From NCBI GenBank assembly GCA_028534125.1, contig CM052818.1:25360001-25424000 (forward strand): a stretch of 64,000 nt of DNA. The letters run 5' to 3'. The notes beneath the pieces were generated by a model. It made no database searches and was not told where the DNA came from. It saw nothing but the letters and a program-made list of their open reading frames with translations. The position numbers were made by a program, and so were the translations under genes. Of this stretch, positions 51,035 to 64,000 are shown piece after piece (within the stretch, counting starts at the first letter, position 1; each line of letters begins with the position of its first letter). The stretch comes from Lama glama (taxonomy: Eukaryota).

Positions 51035-52369
51035 TAAATTTTGCCTTGAGCTGCTCTGTGTTTATTGTAATGTCAGTGGAGGAGGGGAAGAGTTTGCTCT
51101 TCAGTTCTACAAAATATATAGGCATTTAAAAAATGAAGACTGGATTTTACCTTTATATTGGGTGTATGATAGCTTGTATATGTTTTAGCTGTCAGACTAT
51201 TCCATGTTTTGCTTTTAATCTAAAATGAACTTTTTGGGCCTCTGAATACTACTTCTTGATGCTAGAATGACAAATATACTCAAACCCTTAAGGGTGGAAT
51301 ATGTCCAAGTGTTTCTTTTATTTTTTAAAGCCAGCTGTCAATTCTTTTAAATATTTCAATTAATCCATTGATCTTCAGTTGTTACTTGTATTTTAGGTAT
51401 AAGTGAACCCCTTCCTATCAATCAGAAGGGAAGGAAACATCTAAAAATCTGGGAAGTTCTGTTATAAAGATGGCATGGCTCCTGTCTTTTTGGGGCTTAT
51501 AGATTAGTGGAGATACAGACAGATATATGGACAGTAAGATAAAGTGATGTATTGTGAGGAAGGCGTCTGTGGGAAACCATAAAAGGGTCAATCTAATATA
51601 ATACAAGCTTTGGAGCTTAAGGTTAACTTCTCAGGAAGAGCCATCTAAGATGAATTCCGAAGGAGTCACATTTGAGAGGAGAGGAAAGAAGATTTGAAGT
51701 GCCAGCTATAGAAAATGGGAGATAGAGCTGGAAATATAAAAATTTTCTGCCATTGATGATCATTTGACTTTAATGACCTCGAATGTATAGTGTACAAATC
51801 TTTGAATTTCTGTGACATTTCTTTTCTAGTACTCAAGTGTGGGTACAAAAAAGATTGTTGAGTTGAATGGTATTTCACCATAGATTTACAAGAGCAGAAC
51901 AGTAGGGCTAGGGAATTGTGGAAATTGGTAATAGGCAGTGCTTTACAACCCTTTTCAGGAGACAGCACACTAGAATATAATAGTGATTTTGTGGTACACA
52001 GTGACTGGGGAGGAGGTGTATCTGTATCTGCCCCAGGACCTTTTCTGTTCCACTGGGGGGTGAAGGATTGATACATAGTTATCCAATAGGAAGCTCAACT
52101 GAAAAGAGCATCAGAGAATCTAAATTGTATAAAGAAAAAAAGTGAAATTTAGTAACAGCTGAAATTTGAGAGCTTGCTATAATACCATCAACTGGTCTAA
52201 ACAGATCTATGTTTATATTTCATTTAAAGTTTTTGATAACCCTGTGAAGATGGTGCTTTTTCCCCCTTTATTAGAATATAAGATGTTGTTCGCTACCAAA
52301 TCCCCAGCACTTGAAACAATGTCTGGCACTGAGAAGGCACTCAGGAAATGTTACCTTGAATGAATAAAT

Positions 52370-52490
52370 ATGGAAACTGAAGCAGAGAGAGGTTAAATAA
52401 GTTGCCCATGGTTTCAGCTGATAAGTAGTGAAGCCAAGACTCTAACCCAGAAAGTCTAAGCTTTCTAGGCATACATTCCACTAAACTGTC
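52370..52490 (-). mobile_element. MIR core
   Basis: ggaaactgaagcagagagaggttaaataagttgcccatggtttcagctgataagtagtgaagccaagactctaacccag. Confidence 0.8.
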
Positions 52491-52845
52491 CTGCCAGGTA
52501 GGAGAGGGCAGGTAGATTGGGAAAATATGAAGGGAACCATGGTAGTATTGGATTTCCCAGTAAGGTGAAAGAACTGGTAACACTAAAATACCTGAGTGAG
52601 AAAAATAGAAGAACAGATTGAGATCAGAGATAGAGTTGTTAGAATTCAAGATTTCTGAAGTAACACAGTTAGAAAGCAGGATGTAGCCATATGGTGGTGG
52701 CTAGACTAGACATGAAGGTCCCAATAATGAAGTGTTCCAGGAATTAAGAGGTCAGGGTATTTTATGTATCCTTAATTTAAACAATAAAGTCACACAGGGT
52801 GATGGCAGGACTTTATGTGAGAGTGGAAGAATGATATTCCAAGAG

Positions 52846-53032
52846 CAGACTTGCAGACATAGTAAACAATCTTATGGTTACCAGGGAAAAGGAGGTGGGA
52901 AGGGACAAATTTGGGAGTTTGAGATTTGCAAATGTTAGCCGCTATATATAAAAATAGGTTAAAAAAAAAAAACCAAAATGAGTTTCTTCTCTATAGCACA
53001 GGGAACTATATTTAATATCTTATAATAAACTT
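52846..53032 (+). mobile_element. Internal L1 3'UTR fragment without a tail, near-identical to 54720-54903
   Basis: Direct comparison of the two segments by eye. Confidence 0.9.
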
Positions 53033-53749
53033 GGGGAGTGGAAGATTATATAGGTTTTGGTACAAGGACAGTTCCTGTTCTAGAAGTCTTAGAGGAGGTC
53101 CAGATTTCAGTTGAGGCAAAGAAATATTAAGGAACACTGAGTTACAGAGGTTGTGGATGTAGAAGAGATTGTGGTCTGTGGAATTCACTTTGATTTCTTA
53201 AGTAATTCAAAGTAGATTTATACATTTTAGCCCCATTTTTCAATTGAAGTATAAGGTCACATAACTTTTATTCATAATTTCCTTTAGGCACCTGCTATGT
53301 TGGGCTTTTGTAGAGATCTTGGATAGAAATGGTTACCTGACTCTCCTCATTAGCAACTCCATTTGATCATTTGGACCCTGGTTAGGGTCTCTCGCGGTAT
53401 TTATAAAATGCAGCATTCAATTCTATGCCTAGTGTATTAGACTGTGGTTACAGATCTCGTCATCATTCTGATGTTGTTACATACCAGGAATTTGCTAGTT
53501 TGGTAACACTGCAAACTCGAATTCAGCTCTTTCCAAATATGTTGTACTATATTTATGTTTATCTAACTTCCTCCTTTTTAAAATATAGAAACTAATATAT
53601 AATTTTCCAGTATTGAAGCTCTTCATGAATTCTCAAAAATTATTAATGTCTCTCAGTCTTCCACTTGCACACATTTCATCAATGTGTAGGTACTCAAGAC
53701 TCTAAATAATAAAGGGTATTTTGTACCTGTTTTTAAAATAGCTTTTTAG

Positions 53750-53907
53750 AAGCTAAAGATCTAATCTGTTCTTAGAAACAATAATTAGTACATATATGTA
53801 AACTAAAAAAATGCAGTATACTGTATATATGTATTTACATGCAATATAATGTGTATGTGCATTCGAACTGTAATAATTCTACCTAGTAAAACTGGAAAAG
53901 GAGAAAG
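53750..53907 (+). mobile_element. Short retroposed insertion homologous to the unrecognised tail at 43234-43390
   Basis: 14-bp TSD aaatagctttttag (53736-53749, 53908-53921) at a TTTT/AAAA site, with an A-rich end. Confidence 0.8.
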
Positions 53908-54536
53908 AAATAGCTTTTTAGTACTCATTTAGAAAACTTCTGAGATATGATATCGAAGATATTTACCCTATGCCCTGTCTTGTAATTTTTAAGCACTTAA
54001 TCTTAAACTTTAAAATATATATAGCATGTGATATTTCAGTGAGCTTATTTTATGGTTGGGAGTGGTTTTTTGGAAGAGAATATATGACAGTAGTAGAAAG
54101 AGCAATCAACTGTGTAATAAGCTTTCTATTTTCAAGGTACTGTTATATACATTTTTATGTTCTTATAACAACCCTGTGGAGTAATTATTGTTCTCCTTGT
54201 TTTATATATTAGACAATCTTCAGAATGGTAGAAAAGATTTTTTAAAGATGGAAATCTAGGTCTTTTCCAGTCAATAGTCAAATACCCTTCTTGCTGTACC
54301 ATTCCTGGAAGGGTATTTATTTAAGAATATGAAGATAATGGCAATATCTAAATGAAAATAATGGTGTCTTAGATTCTTTTATCAGGAAATAATTTTTTAA
54401 TTTTTAAAATATATTTATGGAGTTTTTTAAAAATAGTAAGAGCCATGAATTTAGCAAGCCCTTCAAATAAATTTTGAGGTAAGAAATAATTCATCAAAAT
54501 TAAAAAAAAATTGAAGGCCATATAAAAAATGTACTT

Positions 54537-55010
54537 CAACTTCTCAGCGATAAAAAAGAATAAAATCATGCCATTTGCAGAGCAACATGGATGGACCTAG
54601 AGATTGTCATTCTAAGTGAAGTAAGCCAGAAAGAAAAATACCATATAATATCACTCATATATGGAATCTAAAAAAAAGAAAAAAAGAGGACTCTAATGAA
54701 CTCATCTACAAAACAGAAACAGACTTGCAGACATAGTAAACAATCTTATGATTACCAGGGAAAAGGAGGTGGGAAGGGACAAATTTGGGAGTTTGAGATT
54801 TGCAAATGTTAGCCACTATATATAAAAATAGGTTAAAAAAAAACTGAAACAAGTTTCTTCTGCATAGCACAGGGAACTATATTTAATATCTTATAATAAA
54901 CTTCAATGAAAAAGAACATGAAAACAGATGTGTGTATGTATATGCATGACTGGGACATTGTGCTGTATACCAGAAATTGACACATTGTAACTGTATATAC
55001 TTCAATTTTT
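54537..55010 (+). mobile_element. 5'-truncated sense L1 3' end
   Basis: 12-bp TSD aaaaatgtactt (54525-54536, 55011-55022); catggatggacctagagattgtcattctaagtgaagtaagccag. Confidence 0.92.
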
Positions 55011-56367
55011 AAAAATGTACTTTAAGAAATAGATCAGTCTGATTGAGTGGAATATGTGAACTTTATTTCTAAAGAATACATTTTGATTACTTTAAAGTAT
55101 AAGCATAATTCAAAGGGTGGCAATTCCTGCTTCATATTCAGCCCCTAGGGAATTTGTTTTAGTAAAAACCTAAAAGTGATTTTCAGTTGCCCTATAATTT
55201 TAGGAGAATAGAAACTTCAAAAGTGCTTAGAAACTAATGAATTACATACATAATTATAATCTTGCTCATGTTAATTTAAAGTTTTGATAAATTGTACTAC
55301 AAATCATCACAAACTATGAACTATCATAATTTAAATGAATGGGATTTTGTTTTATTGATGTAGCTGATATTAACTAATCCATGCCATCAATATTCAAGAA
55401 TCCACTGTTTGTCAGGCAGTGTTCCAGATAAATAAGGAGTATATAAATGCTCTGGGAATGCAAAAGAGGAATATATGTTATTTGGTCCTATCTTTTCAAA
55501 GTAATTTCTTTTAAAAGATAGTATATAAAAATTGTTCCAATCTGGTTTATTCTCCCTCTCATTTTCTGTATTTAATCTTTTTAGAAAGTAGAAGTAAAAC
55601 TAACAGTATTTTTTTTCTATGATTATGTCCCTGGTAAAGTATGTTCTTTAATTTCCTAAATCTTGTTATTTCATAATTCTCCTTGTTTTTTATTTCTCTC
55701 TGGTTGACTAAACTGATTTCCATTTGTAATTTCTTTCTTTTCCTGTTTCCTTTTCTGGCCCGTGTGTACTGTATTTAACGAACTTTCATTTCTCAGGACA
55801 GCAGTACATTTTTCCCCTTGTTTAACTCAGGCTTTCATGGACTCCTTAATCTTATTATACATGTGAGCTGTATCCTTAAATTTTAAAAATTTGCCTTCCT
55901 TTTCCATTCATTTTTTCTTTAAATTTTTTCCATTTTCCTTTACATTCCAAAGAATTTTTGTAATTTCTAATAAGTTCTATTCACACGTATATTTCCCAAG
56001 TAATGTCTCCGTATTTTCTGCCTTTCTAGACAGAAAAAAAAAAATCTGGCCACACATCCTAAGGCTTTGTTATTAGTAGTAGCTCTTCAAAAGTACCGGT
56101 GAGTCTGAATATTTGCACTGATGTACATATATAGGAATTTTCATAGATCCTAGAATATTTGTATCGGAATTGATCTTTAGGATTATCTATTTAGACACCT
56201 TTATTATGTAAAGGAAAAGACAAAGTTCTGCTAATAAGAGACAGAGCAGAATCTCAAACCTAGTTCTGTATCTTTCCCAAAGCCACTAAATGATTTATCA
56301 AGATGAAGTTTCTCTATTTCAGACAAACAAAATTATTGTTCTTGAAAGTGACAGAGTAATAGACTTT

Positions 56368-59300
56368 TAAAAAATATTTTTAATTGAAGTATAGTTGATT
56401 TACAGTGTTATCTTAGTTTCAGGTATATAGCAAAGTGATTCAGTTATATATATGTTTTCCTTTGCTATTCTTTTACATTATACTTATTACAAAATATTGA
56501 ATATAGTTCCCTATGCTATATAGTAGGTCCTTGTTGTTTATCTGTTTTATATATATATAGTAGTGTGTATCTAACTACTACTGTAGTAAATAATAAATAA
56601 ATTAGTAAATTTATCCCTCCCCTTCCCTTTCCCCTTTGTCATCATAGGTTTGTTTTCTGTCTGTGAGTGTGTTTCAGTTTTGTAAGTAAGCTCATTTTTA
56701 TTGTATTTTTAGATTTGCACATTTATGTGATATCGTATGATATTTGTCTTTCTCTGCCCAACTTACTTAGTATAATCTATAGATTCGTGCATGTTGCTGC
56801 AAATGGCAGTATTTCGTTCTTTTTATGGCTGAGTAATATTCCATTGTATACATCACATCTTCTTTATTTATCTGTTGATGGACATGTAGGTTGTTTCCAT
56901 GTCTTGGCTATTTTAAATAGTGCTGCTGTGAACATTGGGGTGCATGTATCTTCTTGAATTAAAGTTTTTATCTTTTCTGGATATATGCCCAGGAGTGAGA
57001 TTGCTGGATCATGTGGTAATTTTATTTTTAGTTTTTTAAGGAACGTCCATACTGTTCTCCATAGTGACTGCACCAATTTATATTCCCACCAACAGTGCAG
57101 GAGGGTTCCCTTTTCTCTATACTCTCTCCAGCATTTATTATTTGTAGACTTTTTGATGACAGCAATTCTGACTGGTGTGAGGTGATACCTCATTGTGGTT
57201 TTGATTTGCATTTCTCTAATAATTAGTGATGCTGAGCATCTTTTCACGTGCTTTTTGACCATCTGTATGTCTTCTTTGGAGAAGTGTCTGTTTAGGTCTA
57301 CCTGCCCATTTTTTGATTGAATTGTTTATTCTTTTGATATTGAATTGTATGAGCTGTCTGTATATTTTGGAAATGAATCCCTTGTCAATCACATCATTTG
57401 CAAATATTTTCTCCCATTTCATAGGTTGTCTTTTCTTTTTGTCAGTGGTTTCCTTTGCTATGCAAAAGCCTTTAAGTTTAATTAGATCCCATTTTTTGAT
57501 TTTTATTTTTGTTTCCTTTACTCTAGGATACAGACAAAAAAAATATTGTTGCAGTTTATGTCAGTGTTCTGCCTGTGCTTTCCTCTAGGAATTTTATAGT
57601 ATCCAGTATTAAACTTTGCTCTTTAATCCATTTTGAGTTTATTTTTTATATGGTGTTAGAAAATGTTGTGATATCATTCTTCACAGGTAGCTGTCCAGTT
57701 TTCCTAGCACCACTTATTGAAGAGACTGTCTTTTCTGCATTGTATATTCTTGCCTCCTTTGTCGTAGATTAATTGACTATAAGTGCATAGGTTTATTTCT
57801 GGGCTTTCTGTTCTGTTCCATTGATCTGTTTTTGTGCCAGTACCATATTGTTTTGATGATTGTCGCTTTATAGTAGCTTTATAGAATAGTCTGAAATCAG
57901 GGAGTGTGATTCTTCCAGCTCTGTTCTTCTTTCTCAAGATTACTTTGGGTGTTCGGGGTCTTTTGTGTTCCTGTGTAGATTTTTTAATTATTTGGTCTAG
58001 TTCTGTGAAAAATACCATTGGTAACTTGATAGGGATTGCATTGAATCTGTAGATTGCCTTGGGTAATACGGGTTTTAACAATATTAATTCTTCCAGTCTA
58101 AGAGCATGGTGTATCTTTCCATCTGTTTGTGTTGTCTTCAGTTTCTTTGATCAGTGTCTTACAGTTTTCATAGTATAGGTGTTTTACCTCCAAAAGTAGG
58201 TTTATTCCAAGGTATGTTACTCTTTTTGATGTAATGGTAAATGGCATTGTTTTCTTCATTTCTCTCTGCTAGTTTGTTGTTAGTGTATAGAAGTGCAACA
58301 GATTTCTGTGTATAAATTTTGCATCCTGCATCTTTACTGAATTCATTGATAAACTCTGGTAGTCTTCCAGTGGCATCTTTAGGATTTTCATGAATCATGT
58401 CATCTGCAAATAGTGATAGGTTTACTTCTTCCTTTCCGATTTGGATTCCTTTTATTTCTTTTTCTCCTCTGATTGCTTTGGCTAGGACTTCCAAAACTAT
58501 GTTGAATAAAAGTGGTGAGAGTGGGCATCCTTGTCTTGTTCCCGATCTTAGGAAATGCTTTCACCTTTTCATCATTGAGTCTGAGGTTTGCTGTGGGTTT
58601 GTCATATATGGCCTTTATTATGTTGTGAAATGCTCCCTCTGTGCCCACTTTCAGGAACATTTTCATCATAAATAGATGTTGAATTTTGTCAGCTTTTTCT
58701 GCATCTATTGAGATGATCATATGGTTTTTATTCTTTAATTTGTTAATGTAGTGTATCACACTGATTAATTTGCAGATATTGAAAAATCCACGCATCTGTG
58801 GGTTAAATCCCACTTGATTATGGTGTACGATCCTTTTAATGTATGGTCGGCAACAGGTTGCTAATATTTTTTGAGGATTTTTGCATGTATGTTCATCAGT
58901 GATGTTGGCCTGTAATTTTGTTTTCTTGTGATATCTTTGTCTGGTTTTGGTATCAGGGTGATGGTGGCTTCATAGAATGTTTGAAAGTGTTTCTTTCTCT
59001 GCAGTGTTTTGGAATAGTTTCAGATAGATAGGTGTTAACTCTTCTTTAAATGTTTGGTAGAATTCAAACATTTGAAGCCATCTGGTCCTGGACTTTTGTT
59101 TGTTGGGAGTTTTAAAATTATTTATTTTGTTTTGTTTTGTTTTGAACATTTTTTATTGATTTATAATCATTTTACAATGTTGTGTCAAATTCCAGTGTAG
59201 AGCACAAGGGAGTTTTAAAATTATTGATTCAGTTTCAGTACTGGTAATTGGTCTGTTCATATTTTTTATTTCTTCCTGGTTCAGTCATGGGAGATTGTAC

Positions 59301-62300
59301 CTTTCTAAGAATTTGCCCATTTTTTTCTTATGTTGTCCATTTTATTTGTCTGTACTTGCTCACAGTAGTATTTTATGATCCTTTGTATTTCCTTTGTGTC
59401 AATTGTAACTTCTCCTTTCTCCTTTCTTATTTTATTGATTTGGATCCTCTCCCTTTTTTTTCTTGATGAGTCTTGCTAAAGGTTTATCAGTTTTGTTTAT
59501 CATTTCAAAGAATCAGCATTTTGTTTCATTGATCTGTTGGTTTTTTTAGTCTCTTATTTTATTTCTACTCTGATCTTTATGATTTTCCTTCTACTAGCTT
59601 TGGGTTTTGTTTATTCTTCTTTCTCTAGTTTTTTTAAGTGTAAGGTTAGGTTATTTATTTGAGATTTTTCTTGTTTTCCTGAAGTAACAAGATTCCTTCT
59701 ATCGCTATAAACTTCCCTCTTAGTACTGCTTTTGCTGTGTCCCATAGGTTTTGGATTGTCATGCTTTAATTTTTCATTTATCTTTAGGTATTTTTTGATT
59801 TCCTCATTGATTTCTTCAGTGGTCCATTGGTTATTTAGTAACATATTGTTTAGCCTCCACATGTTTTTGGTTTTTGCAGCTTTTTTTTTGGAGTTAATTT
59901 CTAATCTCATAGCATTGTGCTTGGAAAAGATGCTTGATGTGATTTCAGTTTTCTTAAATTTACTGAGGCTTGTATTGTGGCATAGCATGTGATTATCCTG
60001 GAGAACGTTCCATGTGCACTTGATAAGAATGTGTATTCTATAGCTTTCAGATGGAATGCTCTATAAATACCAATTAAGACTATTTGGTCTAATGTGCTAT
60101 TTAAGGCTTTTGTTTTCTTACTGATTTGCTGTCTGGATGATCATGTCCATTGATGTAAGTGGAGTTTTAAAGTCCACTGCTGCTATTGAGTTACTGTTGA
60201 TTTCTCCTTTTATGTCTGTTAGTATTTGCCTTATATACTGAGGTGCTCCTGTGTTAGGTGAAATATTTTAACAGTTGTTATATCTTCTTGAATTGATCCC
60301 TTGATCATTATGTAGTCCTTTGTCTCTTGTAACAGTCTTCATTTTAAAGTCTATTTTGTCTGTTATAAGTATTGCTACTCTGGCCTTCTTTTGATTTCCA
60401 TTTATGTGGAATAACTTTTTTTCATCCCCTCTTTTCAGTCTGTATGTATCTCTAGATCTGAAGTGAGTCTCTTGTAGGCAGCATATATATAAATATTGTT
60501 TTTGTATCCATTCAGCCAGTCTGTCTTTTGATTGAAGCATTTATTCTTTTTACATTTGAGGTAGTTATCCATATGTATATTCTTTTTGCCATTTTGTAAT
60601 TGTTTTGGATTTGTTTTTGTAGGTCTTCCCCCCCCCCTTTCTTTTATTCTCTTGTAATTTGATGACTATCTTTAGTATTATATTTAGATTCCTTTTCCTT
60701 TTTCTTTGTCTATCTATTACAGATTTTTGGTTTGTGGTTACCATGAGGTTTTTGTGTAACAGTCTATATATATGTTATATATATATGATTGTTTTAAGTT
60801 ACTGATCTCTTAATTTCAAATGCATTTTAGATACCCTGCATTTGTACTTTTCTCCTCTCAAGATTACTGTTTTTGATATCATAGTTTACATCTAATTGTT
60901 TCGAGTATCACTTAACTGCTTATTGTGGATACAGATAATTTTACTAATTTTGTCTTTTAACTTCTCTAATAGTTTGTGTGTGGATAATTTCCTTCCTTTA
61001 CTGTATGCTTGCCTTTACTGGTGAGCTTTTCTGTCTTGTAATTTTGTTTCTACATAAAGCCTTTTCTTTTCTGCCTAGAGAAGTTCCTTTAGCATCTGTT
61101 GTCAAGTTGGTTTGGTGGTACTGAATTCTTATAGCTTTTGCTTGTCTGTAAATCTTTTGATTCCTCCATCAAATCTGAATGAGAGCCTTACTGGGTAGAG
61201 TATTCTTGGTTATAGGTTTTTCCCTTTCATTATTTTAAATATATCATGCCACTCCCTTCTAGCCTTTGGAGTTTCTGCTGAAAAATAAGCTGATAGCCTT
61301 ATGAGAGTTCCCTTGTATCTTAGTGTGTTCCTCAGTTTTAATCCTGTATGAGACTTTGTGCATCCTGGACTTGGGTGACTGTTTCCCTTCCCAGATTAGG
61401 GAAGTTTTAGCTATTATATCTTTAAATATTTTCTCAGACCCTTTCTCTCTCTGTCTTAACCTTCCAGAACCCCTATAATGTGAGTATTAGTGTGCTTGAT
61501 GTTGTCCCAGAAGTCTCTTAAATTGTCCTCATTTATTTTCATTCTGTTTTCTTTTTTCTGTTCAACAGAAGTGATTTCCACTGCTCTGTCTTCCAACTCA
61601 CTGATTCGTTCTTCTGTATCATTTAGTCTACTATTGATCCTTCTCGTATACTTTTCATTTTAGCTATTGTATTCTTCAGCTCTGTTTGGTTGTTCTTTAT
61701 ATTTTCTAACTTTTTTAAAAACTTCTTCTTGCTCTTTACATCCATTCTCCTCCTGATTTCTTTGATTATCTTTATGATTATTACTCTGAACTCTTTCTCG
61801 GGTAGATTTTGCCTATCTCCACTTAGTTTTTCTGGGGTTTTATCTTGTTCTTTTGTCTGGAAGATACTCCTCTGCTGCCTGGTTTTGTGTGTATTGCTAT
61901 TTGTATTTTTATGTATGTGGTAGGTTAGACATTTCTTAACCTGGGAGGGGTAGCCTTCTATGGGAGATGTCTTATACATCCTGGCATTGCAATCTCCTCT
62001 CATCACCCATGCTATATTTTATAGACATTCCCCTAAGAGGGCTACGTGGGTCCTTCTGTTATAGCAGGCTGACTATGTTGGCGGTCTGGTAGGTTGCCAG
62101 GCCCTGCCTTGTGCTGCTGGCTGTTCTCTAGTGTGACCTGTTTATGGAACCCTAGGGGGTCCTGGAGCTAGTGCTGTCTCACTGGTGGGTGGAGACAGAG
62201 TCCTGAAGATTCTGGAGCTGTTGCCCCCTGACGGGAAGGTGAAGCCAGATCCTAGCGTTAGGCAGGCAGAGCTGGTTCCTGGAGTCTGGCTGCAGGGTCC

Positions 62301-63391
62301 AGGGATCCCAGCTTATGTTTTAGGTCATTTGGGCAGAGAGGAGGAGGAGGGAGCAATTCCTGACAGTTGGGAATGGGATCTGGGGTGTGTTGGCCTACTA
62401 ATGGGCTGGGCCAGGGCCCAACTGGTCCCAGGGTAGGGTCTGGCCTGCATTACAGGATTGTAGTTTTCTTGCTACTGGTGTCTGCCCCTCAGTGGGTTAG
62501 GCTAGTCTAGAGGCTTGTGCAGGCTTCCTGGGAGGCGGGACTGGTACCTGCCCTATGGTGTGTGAAGCTGTATCTTGGCCCTCTGATGGGAGGGCCAGGT
62601 CTAGGGGCATGTCTAGAATCGGTTGTAGGCTCAGGAAGTCTTTAGGAGTCTGTTTGTTGATGGGCGGTGCTATGTCCCTACCCAGTTAGTTATTTGACCT
62701 GAGGCATCCCAGCCACTGGAGCTTACAGGCTATTGGGTTAGGCCAGGGCTTGGTGCTTTTGAACCAATATGACAGCCACCAGGAGAGTTCATATGATTAA
62801 ATGTTCCCCATTATGTCTGCCACCAGTGTCTGTGTTCCTAGGATGAGCCTTTGCCAGCCCCTGCTTCTTCAGGAGACGCCACGTACAGCAGGTGGATCAG
62901 GCCTAGGATCCTATCAAATTACTGCTTTTGACCAGGGTCCTGGTACACATGAGATTTTGTGTGTGCCCTTAAGCGTGAAATCTCTATTTCCCCCAGTCTT
63001 GTGGGGCTCCTGCAGTTAAGTCCCACTGGTCTTCAAAGCCAAATTCTCTGGGGGCTCATCTTTCCAGTGCCAGATCCCCCGGCTGGGGAGCCGGACATGG
63101 GGTTCAGAACTTCCACTCCTGTGGGAGAACCTCTCTAATATGAATATGCTTTACTTAGGTTGTGGATCACCCATTCTGGGAGAGTATGGGATTTGATTAT
63201 ATTGCAAGTCTGCCCCTCCTACCAGTCTCATTCTGGATCCTCCTTTATGCCTTTATTTGTAGAAGATCTTTTCTGGTAGGTTCTAGTCTTTTTCATCAGT
63301 AGTGGTTCTACAGATAGTTGTGATTTTAGTGTGCTCATGAGAGGAAGGAAGCTCAGGGTGTTTCTAGTTTGCTATCTTGTCCTCTCTCCTC
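56368..63391 (-). mobile_element. Full-length (~7 kb) decayed LINE-1, antisense to SOS1: 5'UTR about 62000-63391, ORF1 about 60900-61900, ORF2 about 56860-60620, then 3'UTR
   Basis: 13-bp TSD agtaatagacttt (56355-56367, 63392-63404). The 5' end reads gaggagagaggacaagatagc. ORF1 peptide FQTKEQDKTPE...LPEKEFRVIIIK; endonuclease [21 protein letters not shown]-terminal [13 protein letters not shown]. Many frameshifts. Confidence 0.95.
59123..59207 (-). mobile_element. 85-bp young L1 3' terminus nested in ORF2 of the full-length L1
   Basis: Perfect 18-bp TSD gggagttttaaaattatt (59105-59122, 59208-59225). Confidence 0.92.
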
Positions 63392-64000
63392 AGTAATAGA
63401 CTTTAATTCATGAAACTTTCATTGATCATTCTTCCTTGGGCTTCTTTTATTTTAAAGTATGTGTAAGATAATTGTAAAAAGAATTTAACTTGTTCTGTAT
63501 AATTAAATTTGCCACTACAAGAGATAATTTTTTCATCTTGGCCTTTCCACATTCAAGGCATCTTTTTTGACCCTACCAGTCTTTTCCCACACATTCTGAC
63601 CTTTCGTATTACGTCCCAAATATACAGCTCCAGGAGTAAATACATAATAACTAAGCTTAAAATGTGTTCTTCATTATTATTACTTTCCCTTTCTTGCCTT
63701 CTCTTTTATCATTCTTGATTTTCCTTCTCCTTCTTTCTCCAAACAGTAAACTTGGAATTAGGTGGATAAAATTCAAATGAGAAGGGATTCTGTCTTTTTT
63801 TTTCTTCCATCTCAGCCTCTGCCTACAGTTTGCCTTTGTAATTCTACTGATGATTTTTTTTTTCAAAGATCTATGTTAAGTAGATCTAGAATTGTTAGAT
63901 TGAGTTCAGCTTCTATTCTGTTCTGCTGCTTTTCTGTACATCAGTGCTTTTTAGACTCTAGGTCATCACTCATTAGTAAGTCATAAATTCACTTTAGTGT

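Noticed and set aside
61900..63391. GC-richer region as a host promoter or CpG island, with ORFs 62185-62436 and 62801-63019
   Set aside because: It is the CpG-depleted 5'UTR of the full-length L1 and lies inside its TSDs.

Overview
This is mammalian genomic DNA, very probably camelid: it carries five tRNA-Ala-derived Vic-1-type SINEs, and I recognised no ruminant, pig or primate SINEs. The whole window appears to lie inside SOS1 on the + strand. The only host coding sequence I found is a 126-nt phase 0/0 exon at 50903-51028 ([42 protein letters not shown]), matching the second coding exon of SOS1; the ORF track misses it. The rest is intron filled with transposon relics: many mostly antisense L1s, including a TSD-bounded full-length decayed copy at 56368-63391, plus L2, MIR, MaLR/ERVL LTRs, Tigger and hAT elements. 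There is also an RPL23A processed pseudogene and a 500-N assembly gap. Most ORF-track entries are L1 fragments or noise. I see no evidence of a new protein-coding system. The best leads concern retrotransposition: (1) two TSD-bounded insertions of the same unrecognised tail sequence, one fused to an L1 3'UTR, lying inverted on either side of the SOS1 exon; (2) a tail-less near-copy of an internal segment of a neighbouring L1; (3) a four-level nest of L1 > L1 > L1 > RPL23A retrocopy. Repeat subfamily names come from memory of consensus sequences, not from a database search.
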